Positions 19,439-28,432 of a stretch of DNA of 64,000 bases are shown in pieces. Each line of letters begins with the position of its first letter. The first letter of the stretch is position 1. The translations under genes were made by a program, and so were the position numbers. The notes beneath the pieces were generated by a model. The model was given only the letters and a program-made list of their open reading frames with translations. It was not told where the DNA came from and searched no databases. The stretch is from Candidatus Eiseniibacteriota bacterium (GTDB lineage Bacteria > Eisenbacteria > RBG-16-71-46 > CAVPCR01), in NCBI GenBank assembly GCA_963702435.1, contig CAVPCR010000002.1, positions 544,001 to 608,000 of the forward strand. The letters are read 5' to 3'.

Positions 19439-22400
19439 ATGGAGGCGGTGAAGGTCAACCTGCACTGCCACTCGAGCCTGAGCGACGGCGAGCTATCCCC
19501 GGAGGCCCTGGCCGACCTGCTCGCGCGCTCCGGGGTGACGGTCGCCGCGCTCACCGACCACGACACGATAGAGGGCCTCCTGCGGTTCCGGGAGGCCCTC
19601 GAGGGAACCCCGGTGCGTCCCATTGCCGGCGTCGAGCTGACCGCCGGCGACGACGGCCCGGTCCACCTCCTGGCCTACGGGTTCGATCCCGAGGCGCCGG
19701 CCCTCGCCGAGGCTCTCTCACGCGCCCGCCAATCGCCGGACGGCGGCGGCCTGCCGGTTGCGGAGGCGATCGCTCTTGTCCACCGGGCCGGCGGGCGGGT
19801 CTTCCTCGCCCACCCGTTCGTCTACGCGAACGACGCGGCCGGGCTCGAGGCCCGTCTCGCGCGCTATCGGGAGTGGGGGCTCGACGGGATCGAGGCGATC
19901 TACTCCGCGTATCCGGTCGAGCGGATCCGGGAACTGCGGGAGCTGGCTCGCCGGCTCGGCCTGGCCACGAGCGCCGGCTGCGACTTCCACGCCCCCGGCA
20001 CCCCGGGGCTCTCCGACACGGGCGTGTCCTTTCCCGCGGAGGACTGGCGGGCCTTCCGGGATCTCGTGATCGGCTCCTCCCCGCCCCGGTCCCGGAACGC
20101 TCCTCCGGCGCCACCATCCCGCCGCGAGGGCGTGAGGCTCGACTGGCGCAGCGTCGTGCTGCGGATCCTCTTGCCCACCGCGCTCGCGATCGGCCTGCTC
20201 GTGGGGCCGCTCTTCCTCTACCTCATCCCGGCCTTCGAGGGGGCGCTGCTGGCACGAAAGCAGGAGATGATCCGCGAGCTGGCCCGCTCCGCGGCGAGCA
20301 TCCTGCAGGAGTACTACGAGGAGGAGCGCTCGGGGCAGCTCTCCCGCGAGGAGGCCCAGACCGCGGCCGCCGCGCGCATTCGCCTCCTGCGCTACGGCCC
20401 GGAGGGAAAGGACTACTTCTGGGTCACGGACCGCCACCCGCGCATGGTCGTCCATCCCTACCGTCCCGACCTCGACGGCCAGGACCTGACCGACTATCGC
20501 GACCCCGAGGGCAACCGCGTCTTCGTCGAGGCGGCGCGGCTCGTCGCCGAGAGCCGCGACGGCTACCTCGAGTACGTCTGGCAGCGGCAGGACGACGATC
20601 GCCGCCTCGAGCCCAAGCAGTCCTACGTCCTGGGCTTCGAGCCCTGGGGGTGGATCATCGGAACGGGCCTGTACCTCGAGGACGTCCGCGCCGAGATCCA
20701 CGCCGTCACCTGGCGGGTCGTCCGCGTCACGCTCGTCCTCGCCCTCGCGATCGCCCTGCTCCTGCTCTTCGTAGCCGTGCAGGGCGTCCGCCTCGAGCGC
20801 CAGCGCTCCCGGGCCGAGGAGGCGCTGCACGAATCCCACGAGCGCTATCGAACGCTGGTGGAGGCGTCCCGGGAGGGGACCGCGCTCGTCCTCGACGGAC
20901 GTTTCACCTGCGCCAACCAGACGTTCCTCGACCTCACCGGGTGCACGGAGGAGCAGCTCTCGTTCATGGAGGTCGGGGAGCTCTTCGCGCTGCCGGGGGG
21001 CGGCTCGACGCAGGCCCTGCTCGAGAGCGCCGCGCGGGAGATGGGCACGCCCGCGGAGCCCATGGAGGCGGTCGTCCTCTCCCGCGGGGGCGGCCGTGAG
21101 GACGTGCTGCTGGGTATCGAGCCCGTTCGCCTCGGGGACCGCCACGGCGTCTCGCTCGTGGTCCGGGATCTCGGCGGCCACAAGGAGGTGCAGGCGGCCC
21201 TCGCCGAGAGCCAGGCCCGGTTCCGGGCGGTGGCGGAGAACCTCCGCGTGGGCGTCATCCGGGCCGCCTTCGGGGACGGCTTCCCCCTGCTCGAGGCGAA
21301 CTCCGCGGCCCGCCGCTTGTTCGGGCTCGATGACGAGACGGAGCTGCCGAGCCTCGCCCGGGTGCTGGACGGAGAGGGGGAGCTCGAGGCGGTCGAGAGA
21401 GAACTCGTCGAGCGGGGGGAGGTGCGGGACCGCGTACTCGTGCTCGTCGGGGGCCGCCCGGTCAGCCTCACCGCCACCCTGGTCCGCGACGAGGACGGGC
21501 GCCCGAGGTTCTGCGACGCCGTCGTCGAAGACGTGACCCTGCGCCAGCGGGAGATCCGGGAGCAGGAGGCGCTCATCGCCGATCTGCAGTCGGCCCAGCT
21601 CTCGCTCGGCCGCCCGGCGGAGCGCTTCGTGCGGGAGCCGGTCTTCGCCGCGCCTAATACCTCCGTGGCCGACGCCGCCCGACTCATGGCGCGCCGCGGC
21701 ACCGACACGCTGTTCGTCCGGGGCGCGGAAGGGGAGGCGCTGGGCGTGGTCACCGACCAAGACCTGCGGGAGAGGGTCCTCGCCCGCGGGCTCGATCCGG
21801 GGAGGCCGGTGCACGAGGTGATGAGCGCGCCCGTCATCGCGGTGTCAGCCGCCGCACCGGGCCACGAGGCGGTGGCCCTCATGCAGGAGCGCGACGTCAA
21901 GCGCCTGGCCGTCCGGGACGCGGCCGGCGTGGTGGTCGGGGTGTTGCGCTTCGAGGATCTCCTCAGGGCAGACCATCTGCCGCTCGCCACGCTGGCACGA
22001 GACATCGGGGACGCCCGCCTGCCCGTGGAGGTCGCCGACCTCCGGGCGCGACTCCCGGCCGTGGTGCACGCCCTCGTCGACAGCGGGGCGCGGCCGCGGT
22101 ACGTCTGTCGGGCCATCGCCACCGTGACGGATGCCGCCACGCAACGGCTCGTCGACCTCGCCGCGGCGCAGCTCGGTCCGCCCCCGGCCCCGTGGGCCTA
22201 CCTCGCCCTGGGCAGCCAGGGCCGCGAGGAGCAGACGCTCCTCGCCGACCAGGACAGCGCCATCGTGTTCGAGACGCTCCCCGGCACCGACACGGAGCCG
22301 CTGCGGCAGCACTTCCTCGCGCTGGGCGGGCTCGTCGCCGGCTGGCTGGAGCAGGCCGGCTACCCTCCCTGCAAGGGAGGGCTGATGGCCAGCCAGCCTG

Positions 22401-23011
22401 GCTGGTGTCTGTCCCTCGACGAGTGGCGGCGGCACCTTGAGGATTGGATCCGCGAGGCGGAGCCGCAGGCCCGGCTCGAGATCGCCTCCTTCCTCGACTT
22501 CCGGTGCGTCGCCGGTCAGGCCGTGCTCGCCCGGACGCTCCGCGCCTTCGTCGGGGAGGAGCTGGCCGGGACCCCGGCGCTCGTGCCGCTGCTAGCCCGG
22601 GATGTCGTGCAGTACCGGCCGCCCAAGGGCCTGTTCGGTGGCCTGTCCTCCGGCCCCGGAGGCATCGACACGAAGGACGTCGCGGCCGCCATCGAGAACA
22701 TCGTGCGCCTCTACGCCCTCCGCTACAGCCTGCCCGAGACCAGCACATTCGACCGCCTGCAACGGCTCGAGGAGGTGGGAGCGGTGAGCGCCACGGGCCA
22801 CGAGGAGCTTGCCCAGGCCTACGACTTCGTCATGACGCTGCGGCTGCGGCGCCAGGTGAGCCGCCTGCGGTCCGGTCAGCCGGCCGACAACGAGGTGGAC
22901 CCGCGGAGTCTGAACCACCTGGAGGAGGGGCTCCTGAAGCAGGTCTTCTCCCTCCTCGGCACCTTCCAGAAGAAGATCCAGTACGACTTTCTCGGGGGCG
23001 CCGGCCTCTAG
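19439..23011 (+). CDS. Multidomain membrane protein: PHP - TM - sCache_2 - TM - PAS - PAS - CBS pair - DUF294 nucleotidyltransferase - DUF294_C
   Basis: PHP motifs NLHCHSSLSDG, LTDHDT, GVEL, HLLAY, LAHP, GCDFH. Cache motifs LRYGPEGKDYFWV...MVVHPYRPDLDG...GYLEYVW...KQSYV..FEPWGWIIGTGLY. CBS motif GVVTDQDLRERV...VMSAPV. NTase motif LGSQGREEQTLLADQD, plus C.GG.MAS.P.W, and C-terminal TFDRL...Y.F...LRL. Confidence 0.85.
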   Translation: MEAVKVNLHCHSSLSDGELSPEALADLLARSGVTVAALTDHDTIEGLLRFREALEGTPVRPIAGVELTAGDDGPVHLLAYGFDPEAPALAEALSRARQSPDGGGLPVAEAIALVHRAGGRVFLAHPFVYANDAAGLEARLARYREWGLDGIEAIYSAYPVERIRELRELARRLGLATSAGCDFHAPGTPGLSDTGVSFPAEDWRAFRDLVIGSSPPRSRNAPPAPPSRREGVRLDWRSVVLRILLPTALAIGLLVGPLFLYLIPAFEGALLARKQEMIRELARSAASILQEYYEEERSGQLSREEAQTAAAARIRLLRYGPEGKDYFWVTDRHPRMVVHPYRPDLDGQDLTDYRDPEGNRVFVEAARLVAESRDGYLEYVWQRQDDDRRLEPKQSYVLGFEPWGWIIGTGLYLEDVRAEIHAVTWRVVRVTLVLALAIALLLLFVAVQGVRLERQRSRAEEALHESHERYRTLVEASREGTALVLDGRFTCANQTFLDLTGCTEEQLSFMEVGELFALPGGGSTQALLESAAREMGTPAEPMEAVVLSRGGGREDVLLGIEPVRLGDRHGVSLVVRDLGGHKEVQAALAESQARFRAVAENLRVGVIRAAFGDGFPLLEANSAARRLFGLDDETELPSLARVLDGEGELEAVERELVERGEVRDRVLVLVGGRPVSLTATLVRDEDGRPRFCDAVVEDVTLRQREIREQEALIADLQSAQLSLGRPAERFVREPVFAAPNTSVADAARLMARRGTDTLFVRGAEGEALGVVTDQDLRERVLARGLDPGRPVHEVMSAPVIAVSAAAPGHEAVALMQERDVKRLAVRDAAGVVVGVLRFEDLLRADHLPLATLARDIGDARLPVEVADLRARLPAVVHALVDSGARPRYVCRAIATVTDAATQRLVDLAAAQLGPPPAPWAYLALGSQGREEQTLLADQDSAIVFETLPGTDTEPLRQHFLALGGLVAGWLEQAGYPPCKGGLMASQPGWCLSLDEWRRHLEDWIREAEPQARLEIASFLDFRCVAGQAVLARTLRAFVGEELAGTPALVPLLARDVVQYRPPKGLFGGLSSGPGGIDTKDVAAAIENIVRLYALRYSLPETSTFDRLQRLEEVGAVSATGHEELAQAYDFVMTLRLRRQVSRLRSGQPADNEVDPRSLNHLEEGLLKQVFSLLGTFQKKIQYDFLGGAGL

Positions 23012-23038
23012 GACGGCCGGCCCCTCTCGGAGGACTCC

Positions 23039-24118
23039 TTGATCAAGCGCTCCTTGACCCCCGCGGCCGTCCTCGCGGCGGCGCTCGTCCTGGCCCCGAC
23101 CCCGGCGCCGGGGCAGTTCGCGGTGTCGAACCCGGACAGCACCGCCAGCATCCGTCTCGGAGTGCTCGCCCAGCCCCAGGGCGAGTGGCTCGAGAACGCC
23201 GACGGCGAGAGCACCGCCCGGAACCTGTTCCTCAGGCGCCTCCGCCTGCTCGTGGGCGGCAAGGTCGGCGAGCGGTTCACGTTCTTCCTCGACACGGACA
23301 GCCCCAACCTCGGCAAGGCGGGCGCCGACGGCCAGCGCACCGAGCCCTCCGTCTATATCCAGGACCTCGTCCTCACCTACCAGGTGAGCCGGAGCTGGAA
23401 GCTCGATGTGGGGAAGCTGCTCGTGGCGACGTCCTACCACTCGGGCCAGGGGGCGACGACGCTCTTGGGGATCGACTACAGCCCCTACAGCTTCGTCACG
23501 TCCGCGCCCATCGGCATGCAGGCGGGTCGGGACTACGGGCTCGCGGGGCGCGGCTACCTCTTCGGGAACCACCTCGAGGTCCGGGCCGGCGGCTACCAGG
23601 GGGTGCGGGGCGAGGATGCCACGAACTCGTTCCGGACAGCCGGCCGCGTCGTGTGGTACCCCTTCGACGCGCGGACGGACTTCTTCTACCCCGGCACGAC
23701 GTTCGGGACGAAGAGGGTCCTCGCGGTGGGTCTCTCGCACGATCGCCAGAGCGGCTTCAAGGCGACTGGCGGGGATGTCTACCTCGACGTCCCCCTCGGG
23801 GACAATGTGGTCACGTTCCAGGCGGACCTCGTCCACCTCGACGGCGGGTCACTGCTCCCCGCCCTCACCGAGCAGGACGTCTTGTTCGTGGAGGCCGGCT
23901 ACTTCGTCCGGGCGCTGAAGCTCACACCCTGGCTGCAGTACTCAAGCCGCAGCCTGAAGGCCGCCGGCGCAGCGGACGACTGGGCGTACCTGGGCGGGCT
24001 CGCCTGGTGGGTCGACGGGCACCGCCTCAACGTCAAGGCTGGGGCGGGCCAGGTCGGGCGCGACGACGCCCCCGACCGCACCAAGGTCGTCGTGCAGGGC
24101 CAGCTCTTCCTGTACTGA
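23039..24118 (+). CDS. Outer-membrane porin (OprO/P- or FmdC-like)
   Basis: GGAGG then TTG. Signal peptide, FLRRLRLLVGG, FFLDTDSPNLGK, GRDYG, beta-strand pattern, C-terminal QGQLFLY. Confidence 0.75.
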   Translation: MIKRSLTPAAVLAAALVLAPTPAPGQFAVSNPDSTASIRLGVLAQPQGEWLENADGESTARNLFLRRLRLLVGGKVGERFTFFLDTDSPNLGKAGADGQRTEPSVYIQDLVLTYQVSRSWKLDVGKLLVATSYHSGQGATTLLGIDYSPYSFVTSAPIGMQAGRDYGLAGRGYLFGNHLEVRAGGYQGVRGEDATNSFRTAGRVVWYPFDARTDFFYPGTTFGTKRVLAVGLSHDRQSGFKATGGDVYLDVPLGDNVVTFQADLVHLDGGSLLPALTEQDVLFVEAGYFVRALKLTPWLQYSSRSLKAAGAADDWAYLGGLAWWVDGHRLNVKAGAGQVGRDDAPDRTKVVVQGQLFLY

Positions 24119-24182
24119 TCCTCGCTTCCTGTAGTGATTCCCCGCTCCCCGCTCGCTGGCCTCGGGGGCCCGGGTGGGTATG

Positions 24183-24396
24183 TAACCATGCCCCTCCGCC
24201 GCCGTCCCAGTGGATGGCGATCTGCAAATGGCCCGACGTTGAGGCTCACCGGACCGGGCCCCGGAAGCGCGAAGTCCACCCCGTTGCAAGCCCACATCCA
24301 GACGCCGGTCGCTCTCGTGCACTGGGCATGGATGTCCGAGCCGCTTCGCTCGTCCGTCCACGTGATGATCGCGTCACCCAACCTATCCAGCACCAC
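24183..24396 (-). pseudogene. Decayed fragment of a secreted beta-propeller-like repeat protein (DGxGGAIIxWxDxR repeat)
   Basis: LDRLGDAIITWTDERSGSDIHAQCTRATGVWMWACNGV in one frame, and QIAIHWDGGGGAWL in another frame downstream. Confidence 0.55.
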
Positions 24397-24454
24397 CTTG
24401 GGGTCCTCCTGCGTGCTGGTGTTCGTGCAGAGGGTTGACCCGTTGCCTGATGGA

Positions 24455-25489
24455 TCATCGCGGACGCGGTGCGAAGAGGTAGTGGGCGACGAGCCACTCC
24501 TCCCCGCTGCGGTACGCCCAGAGCTCGGCGCAGGACAGGAAGAACACCCGCCAGTTCTCGAGCCACGCCCGCGCTCGCGCCGGCCCGTAGACGCGCGCAG
24601 AGATCGGCTCGAGCGCCGCCCGGTGCGCGTCGAAGTTCGCGAGCCACGCCTCCGCCGTGCGCGCGTAGTGGAGCCCGTTCACCCGCCACACCGCGCGGAG
24701 ATCGAGGTCGCGCTGGAAGTGGCTGAAGAGGTCCACTGACGGCATGAGACCGCCGGCGAAGAAGTGGCGTCCGACCCAGTCGGCGGGATCCTCGCTCCGG
24801 AAAGCGTAGGCAAAGCGGTCGTGCGCGAAGACATGCACGAAGAGATGGCCCGCCGGGTCGAGCCAGCCGGCGATCCGCCCGAACATCCGCTCGTAGTTCT
24901 TCAGGTGCTCGAACATCTCGATCGACAGCACGCGATCGAAGCGGCGCCCGGGGTCGAAATCGTTCATGTCGGCCGTGACGACTGTCAGGTTGTCGAGACC
25001 CTGCCGCGCTGCGCGGGCCAGGATGAACTCGCGCTGCGGGCGGGAGTTGGAGACCGCGAGGAGCCGCGCCCGCGGGTAGCGCGCGGCGAGCCACAGGGAG
25101 AGCGAACCCCAGCCGCAGCCGAGCTCGAGGATCTCCTGGCCGTCCGCGAGCCCGGCCCGCTCGGCGTAGAGCTCGAGCATGCGCACCTCGGCGTCCTCGA
25201 GATTCCGCACGCCCTCGGGCCAGTAGGCGCAGCTGTACTTGAGGCGCGGTCCGAGAATGTGCGTGAAGAACTCGGGCGGCAGCTCGTAGTGCTGGCGGTT
25301 GGCGTCGGCCGTGGCAATGGCGATCGGACTCGCGCTGAGATCAGCGACGAAGGAGCGGAGCCGCGCGGCGACGGCCGCTTCCCCGCCCCGCGCCTGGCGC
25401 GCAAGCTCCTGCCCGAGGAAGTGGCGGATGCCGCGGCGGAGGAGCCAGTCGGGCAGGAGTCCGCGCTCGATGAGCGCCTCGTACCACAA
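24455..25489 (-). CDS. SAM-dependent methyltransferase, CFA/CMAS family (short, coclaurine-NMT-like type)
   Basis: Probable TTG start (MWYEALIERGLLPD). ANRQHYELPPEFF..LGPRLKYS, LELGCGWGSL, SIEMFEH, NGLHYARTAEAW. Confidence 0.88.
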   Translation of the reverse strand: MWYEALIERGLLPDWLLRRGIRHFLGQELARQARGGEAAVAARLRSFVADLSASPIAIATADANRQHYELPPEFFTHILGPRLKYSCAYWPEGVRNLEDAEVRMLELYAERAGLADGQEILELGCGWGSLSLWLAARYPRARLLAVSNSRPQREFILARAARQGLDNLTVVTADMNDFDPGRRFDRVLSIEMFEHLKNYERMFGRIAGWLDPAGHLFVHVFAHDRFAYAFRSEDPADWVGRHFFAGGLMPSVDLFSHFQRDLDLRAVWRVNGLHYARTAEAWLANFDAHRAALEPISARVYGPARARAWLENWRVFFLSCAELWAYRSGEEWLVAHYLFAPRPR

Positions 25490-25491
25490 GG

Positions 25492-26283
25492 CTAGGGCCC
25501 CGGCCGGCGCGGGAACCACGGCACGAAGGCGCTGGTCGTTTCCTGGTAGCGGCGGTATTCCTCCCCGCGCGAGCGGAGCGCCTGCGCCTCGGTGGGCGGG
25601 ATCCCCGTCACCTTGAGGATGAAGAAGAGAAGGACGGCCGGCGCGGAGAGCGCGCTCCAGCCGTACGGCGCGCCGAGGGCGAGGAGCGCGAAGGCGCACC
25701 ACATGAGCCACTCGCCGAAGTAGTTCGGATGCCGCGACAGGCCCCAGAGACCGCGCTGACAGGTGCGACCGCGGTTGGCGGGATCGGCCTTGAAGGCGCG
25801 GAGCTCGCGGTCGGCCGCCGCCTCGAGCGCGAAGCCGGCGATCCAGAGCGCGAGCCCTCCCCCGTCGTAGGCGGTCCACGCCGGCGCGCGGTCGCTCGCC
25901 GCGAGGAGGAACGGCCAGGAGAGAAAGGCGACGAGGAGGGCCTGCGCCTGGAAGAAAAGGAAGAGATTGCGCTGGGCGGCGCGCCCCCACTCGGCGCGAA
26001 GCGCCTGGTAGCGGCCCTCCTCCGGTTTTCCGAGCACGCGATCGGTGAGGAGATGCCACGCCAGGCGGAAGCCCCAGAGGCCGCCGAGGAGACCGGCGAG
26101 CGCCCGCCGGGTCGGATCGCCGGCGCCGCCGAGCGCGAAGATCACAGCGAGCGCACCGATCCCGCCGGCCCAGCCCGCATCGACGATGCCCGCGTTCCCG
26201 GTCCGCCGCTGGATGAGCCAGAGGACCGCCATGAGGAGGCAGGCGCCGGCGCCTCCGGCGAGGAAGAGGTCCCACGGGATCAT
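25492..26283 (-). CDS. DUF1295 membrane protein (steroid 5-alpha-reductase-like)
   Basis: NAGIVDAGW, EEGRY, GLWGLSRHPNYFGEW, TGIPPTE, YRRYQETTSAFVPW. Confidence 0.9.
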   Translation of the reverse strand: MIPWDLFLAGGAGACLLMAVLWLIQRRTGNAGIVDAGWAGGIGALAVIFALGGAGDPTRRALAGLLGGLWGFRLAWHLLTDRVLGKPEEGRYQALRAEWGRAAQRNLFLFFQAQALLVAFLSWPFLLAASDRAPAWTAYDGGGLALWIAGFALEAAADRELRAFKADPANRGRTCQRGLWGLSRHPNYFGEWLMWCAFALLALGAPYGWSALSAPAVLLFFILKVTGIPPTEAQALRSRGEEYRRYQETTSAFVPWFPRRPGP

Positions 26284-27581
26284 GTCTGGCCTCCCGCACG
26301 AGCGGCCGCCCGCGGCGCCCGCCCGCGCCAGAACGGTTTCGCGAGCAGCATCTGCACGTCTCCGATCACGCGTTCCCGGAATCCGCCCTCGCAGTACGAG
26401 AGGTAGTACTCCCAGCGGCGCCGGAACTCCTCCTCGTAGCCGAGAGCGGCGACGCGATCCCGATTGGCGCCAAAGCGTTCGCGCCAGCAGGCGAGCGTCT
26501 CGACGTAGTGCGGCGTCAGATCATCGAGCTGGATCACGGCCAGATCCGAGGCGCTCCCGATCGCGCGAGTGAGCGCGCCCACCGAGGGCAGGAAGCTCCC
26601 CGGGAAGATGTAGCGCTTGACGAAGTCGACCGAGCGCCGGGCGCGCTCGTAGAAGCGATCGGGAATCACGATCGCCTGCAGCGCCATGAGGCCGTCGGGG
26701 CGGAGGAGCCGGCTCGCGGTGCGGAAGAAGGTGGGAAGCTGCGCCGCCCCCACCGCCTCGATCATCTCGATCGAGACGATCCGATCGTACTCGCCCGCGA
26801 GGTCCCGGTAGTCGACGCCGAGCACCTCGACCTGTCCGGCGAGACCGGCCCGGCGGATCCGCTCCGTGGCGTACACGCGCTGGGCAGCCGAGATCGTGGT
26901 GGCGGTGACCCGAGCCCCGTAGCGCGCCGCCGCATGCTCGGCGAAACCGCCCCAGCCGCAGCCGATCTCGAGCACGCGATCGCCGGGAACGAGCTCGAGC
27001 TTCCGGCAGATGCGATCGAGATTGGCCCGGGAGGCGTCCGCGAGCGACATCCCTTGCGCCTCGAAGCAGGCGCAGGAGTACATGAGCGACTCGTCGAGAA
27101 AGAGAGCGAAGAAGTCATTGCCCAGATCGTAGTGCGCCGCGATGTTCCGCTGGCTGCCGGCCCGCGTGTTCCGGTTCCGCCAGTGGACTGCCCGGTCGAG
27201 CGGCTTCCAGAGCCAGGACAGCCCGCTGTCGAGCCGGCCGAGAGCCGCCTGGTTCGCGGCGAGGATCCGCACCGCAGTCACCAGGTCATCGGCCGACCAC
27301 AGCCCCTCGCCGTAGGCGCGGCCCACGCCGACGTTGCCGCCGAAGACCGCAGCCGGATAGAAGGCCGGATCGTGCACGTGCACGGTGGCCGCGAGCGGGA
27401 ACGCATCGGTCATCCGACCGGCCGCCCACTCGCCGTCCCCGTCGACGATCGTGAGCTGCCCGCGCTCGAGCCCGGCGAGAGTCCCGTGGAGCACCGCCCG
27501 CGCGCCCCGTTCGATCGCCCGCGCCGGGCGCGCGACGCGCGCGGGACCGACGGCCGCCGCCGGGAGCGGGGTCGCCGTCAT
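26280..27581 (-). CDS. cfa: Cyclopropane-fatty-acyl-phospholipid synthase family methyltransferase
   Basis: NIAAHYDLGNDFF.LFLDESLMYS, LEIGCGWGG, SIEMIEAVG, YIFPGSFLP, WEYYLSYCEGGF. ATGA-coupled to the upstream gene. Confidence 0.9.
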   Translation of the reverse strand: MTATPLPAAAVGPARVARPARAIERGARAVLHGTLAGLERGQLTIVDGDGEWAAGRMTDAFPLAATVHVHDPAFYPAAVFGGNVGVGRAYGEGLWSADDLVTAVRILAANQAALGRLDSGLSWLWKPLDRAVHWRNRNTRAGSQRNIAAHYDLGNDFFALFLDESLMYSCACFEAQGMSLADASRANLDRICRKLELVPGDRVLEIGCGWGGFAEHAAARYGARVTATTISAAQRVYATERIRRAGLAGQVEVLGVDYRDLAGEYDRIVSIEMIEAVGAAQLPTFFRTASRLLRPDGLMALQAIVIPDRFYERARRSVDFVKRYIFPGSFLPSVGALTRAIGSASDLAVIQLDDLTPHYVETLACWRERFGANRDRVAALGYEEEFRRRWEYYLSYCEGGFRERVIGDVQMLLAKPFWRGRAPRAAARAGGQT

Positions 27582-28432
27582 CGCTCCACCACCGAGCGCG
27601 CGAGCACAGCGCTCTCCGCCAGTTGCGCGGGATGCACGTGCATGGGTACTCGCTTCCGCCACAGCCTGAGCGCCTCGAGGTGGATAGCGCCGGTCACCCG
27701 TACGGTCATGAGCGGATGGCGGAGGAGGGCCCCGGCGAGGCGCCGCCGTGTGAGCTCGCGCCGCGCGAGGGTGAGGGTCGCATCGAAGTAGCGTCCGTCC
27801 GCCTTCCGGTTCTCCATGTGCACGAGGAGCCGCCGCCCGGGAACCGGGAAGCGCCAGTCGTACTCGACGTCCATGTCCATGAACGGGGAGACGAAGAACG
27901 ACTTCCGGAAGCGGAAGCGCTGCCGGGTTGCAGTACCCGCGTTCTCGCTCGCGCCGAGAACGTAGCTGAACCGCTCGCCCCAGGGCGTGTTGGTGATCTC
28001 GGCGATCACGGCCTCGAGCGCGCGGCCGCTCCGGTCGAAGCAGTAGTAGAAGCTCACCGGGTTGAAGCAGTAGCCGAAGGTGCGGCAGTGAGTGAGAAGC
28101 CGGATCGGTCCGGCGGGGCGCGCTCCGGTGTGCGCGAGGACGAGGTCACGGGCCGCCTCGACGAGCGGCTGCTCCGGGTCGCCCAGGTGATCGCGGCGGC
28201 GGAACCAGACCGGAGCGAACCGCCGGCGCGACCACAGGCCGGTCCCGGCGAAGAGCCGGTCGAGCGCTGCGAGCTCGTCCAGATCCAGGTACATCATGTA
28301 GAGCCGGTAGCGGAACTCGTGCCGCACCGGTTCCCGGCGGCGGTGGCGGACCACACCCTCGTAGATCGCGCTATGCAGCGTCGGCTCCGCCTGCATCGCC
28401 TCCGTCCGCTGCATCGCCGGCATGGTCTGCAT
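27578..28432 (-). CDS. DUF1365 protein
   Basis: IYEGVVRHRR.EPVRHEFRY, GYCFNPVSFYYC, EITNTPWGER, KSFFVSPFM, IHLEALRLW.K. Confidence 0.9.
   Translation of the reverse strand: MQTMPAMQRTEAMQAEPTLHSAIYEGVVRHRRREPVRHEFRYRLYMMYLDLDELAALDRLFAGTGLWSRRRFAPVWFRRRDHLGDPEQPLVEAARDLVLAHTGARPAGPIRLLTHCRTFGYCFNPVSFYYCFDRSGRALEAVIAEITNTPWGERFSYVLGASENAGTATRQRFRFRKSFFVSPFMDMDVEYDWRFPVPGRRLLVHMENRKADGRYFDATLTLARRELTRRRLAGALLRHPLMTVRVTGAIHLEALRLWRKRVPMHVHPAQLAESAVLARSVVER

Noticed and set aside
17374..21099. 1241-aa ORF and the many other long overlapping or antisense ORFs (e.g. 676-2220, 8292-10460, 14554-16857, 46698-48956, 60264-62558)
   Set aside because: These are Arg/Pro/Gly-rich shadow frames expected at very high GC. 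They overlap well-supported genes and contain no recognisable motifs.
24231..24290. GCCCGACGTTGAGGCTCACCGG as an integron attC half-site
   Set aside because: No complementary GTTRRRY arm or integrase. The stretch is better explained as part of the decayed repeat-protein gene.
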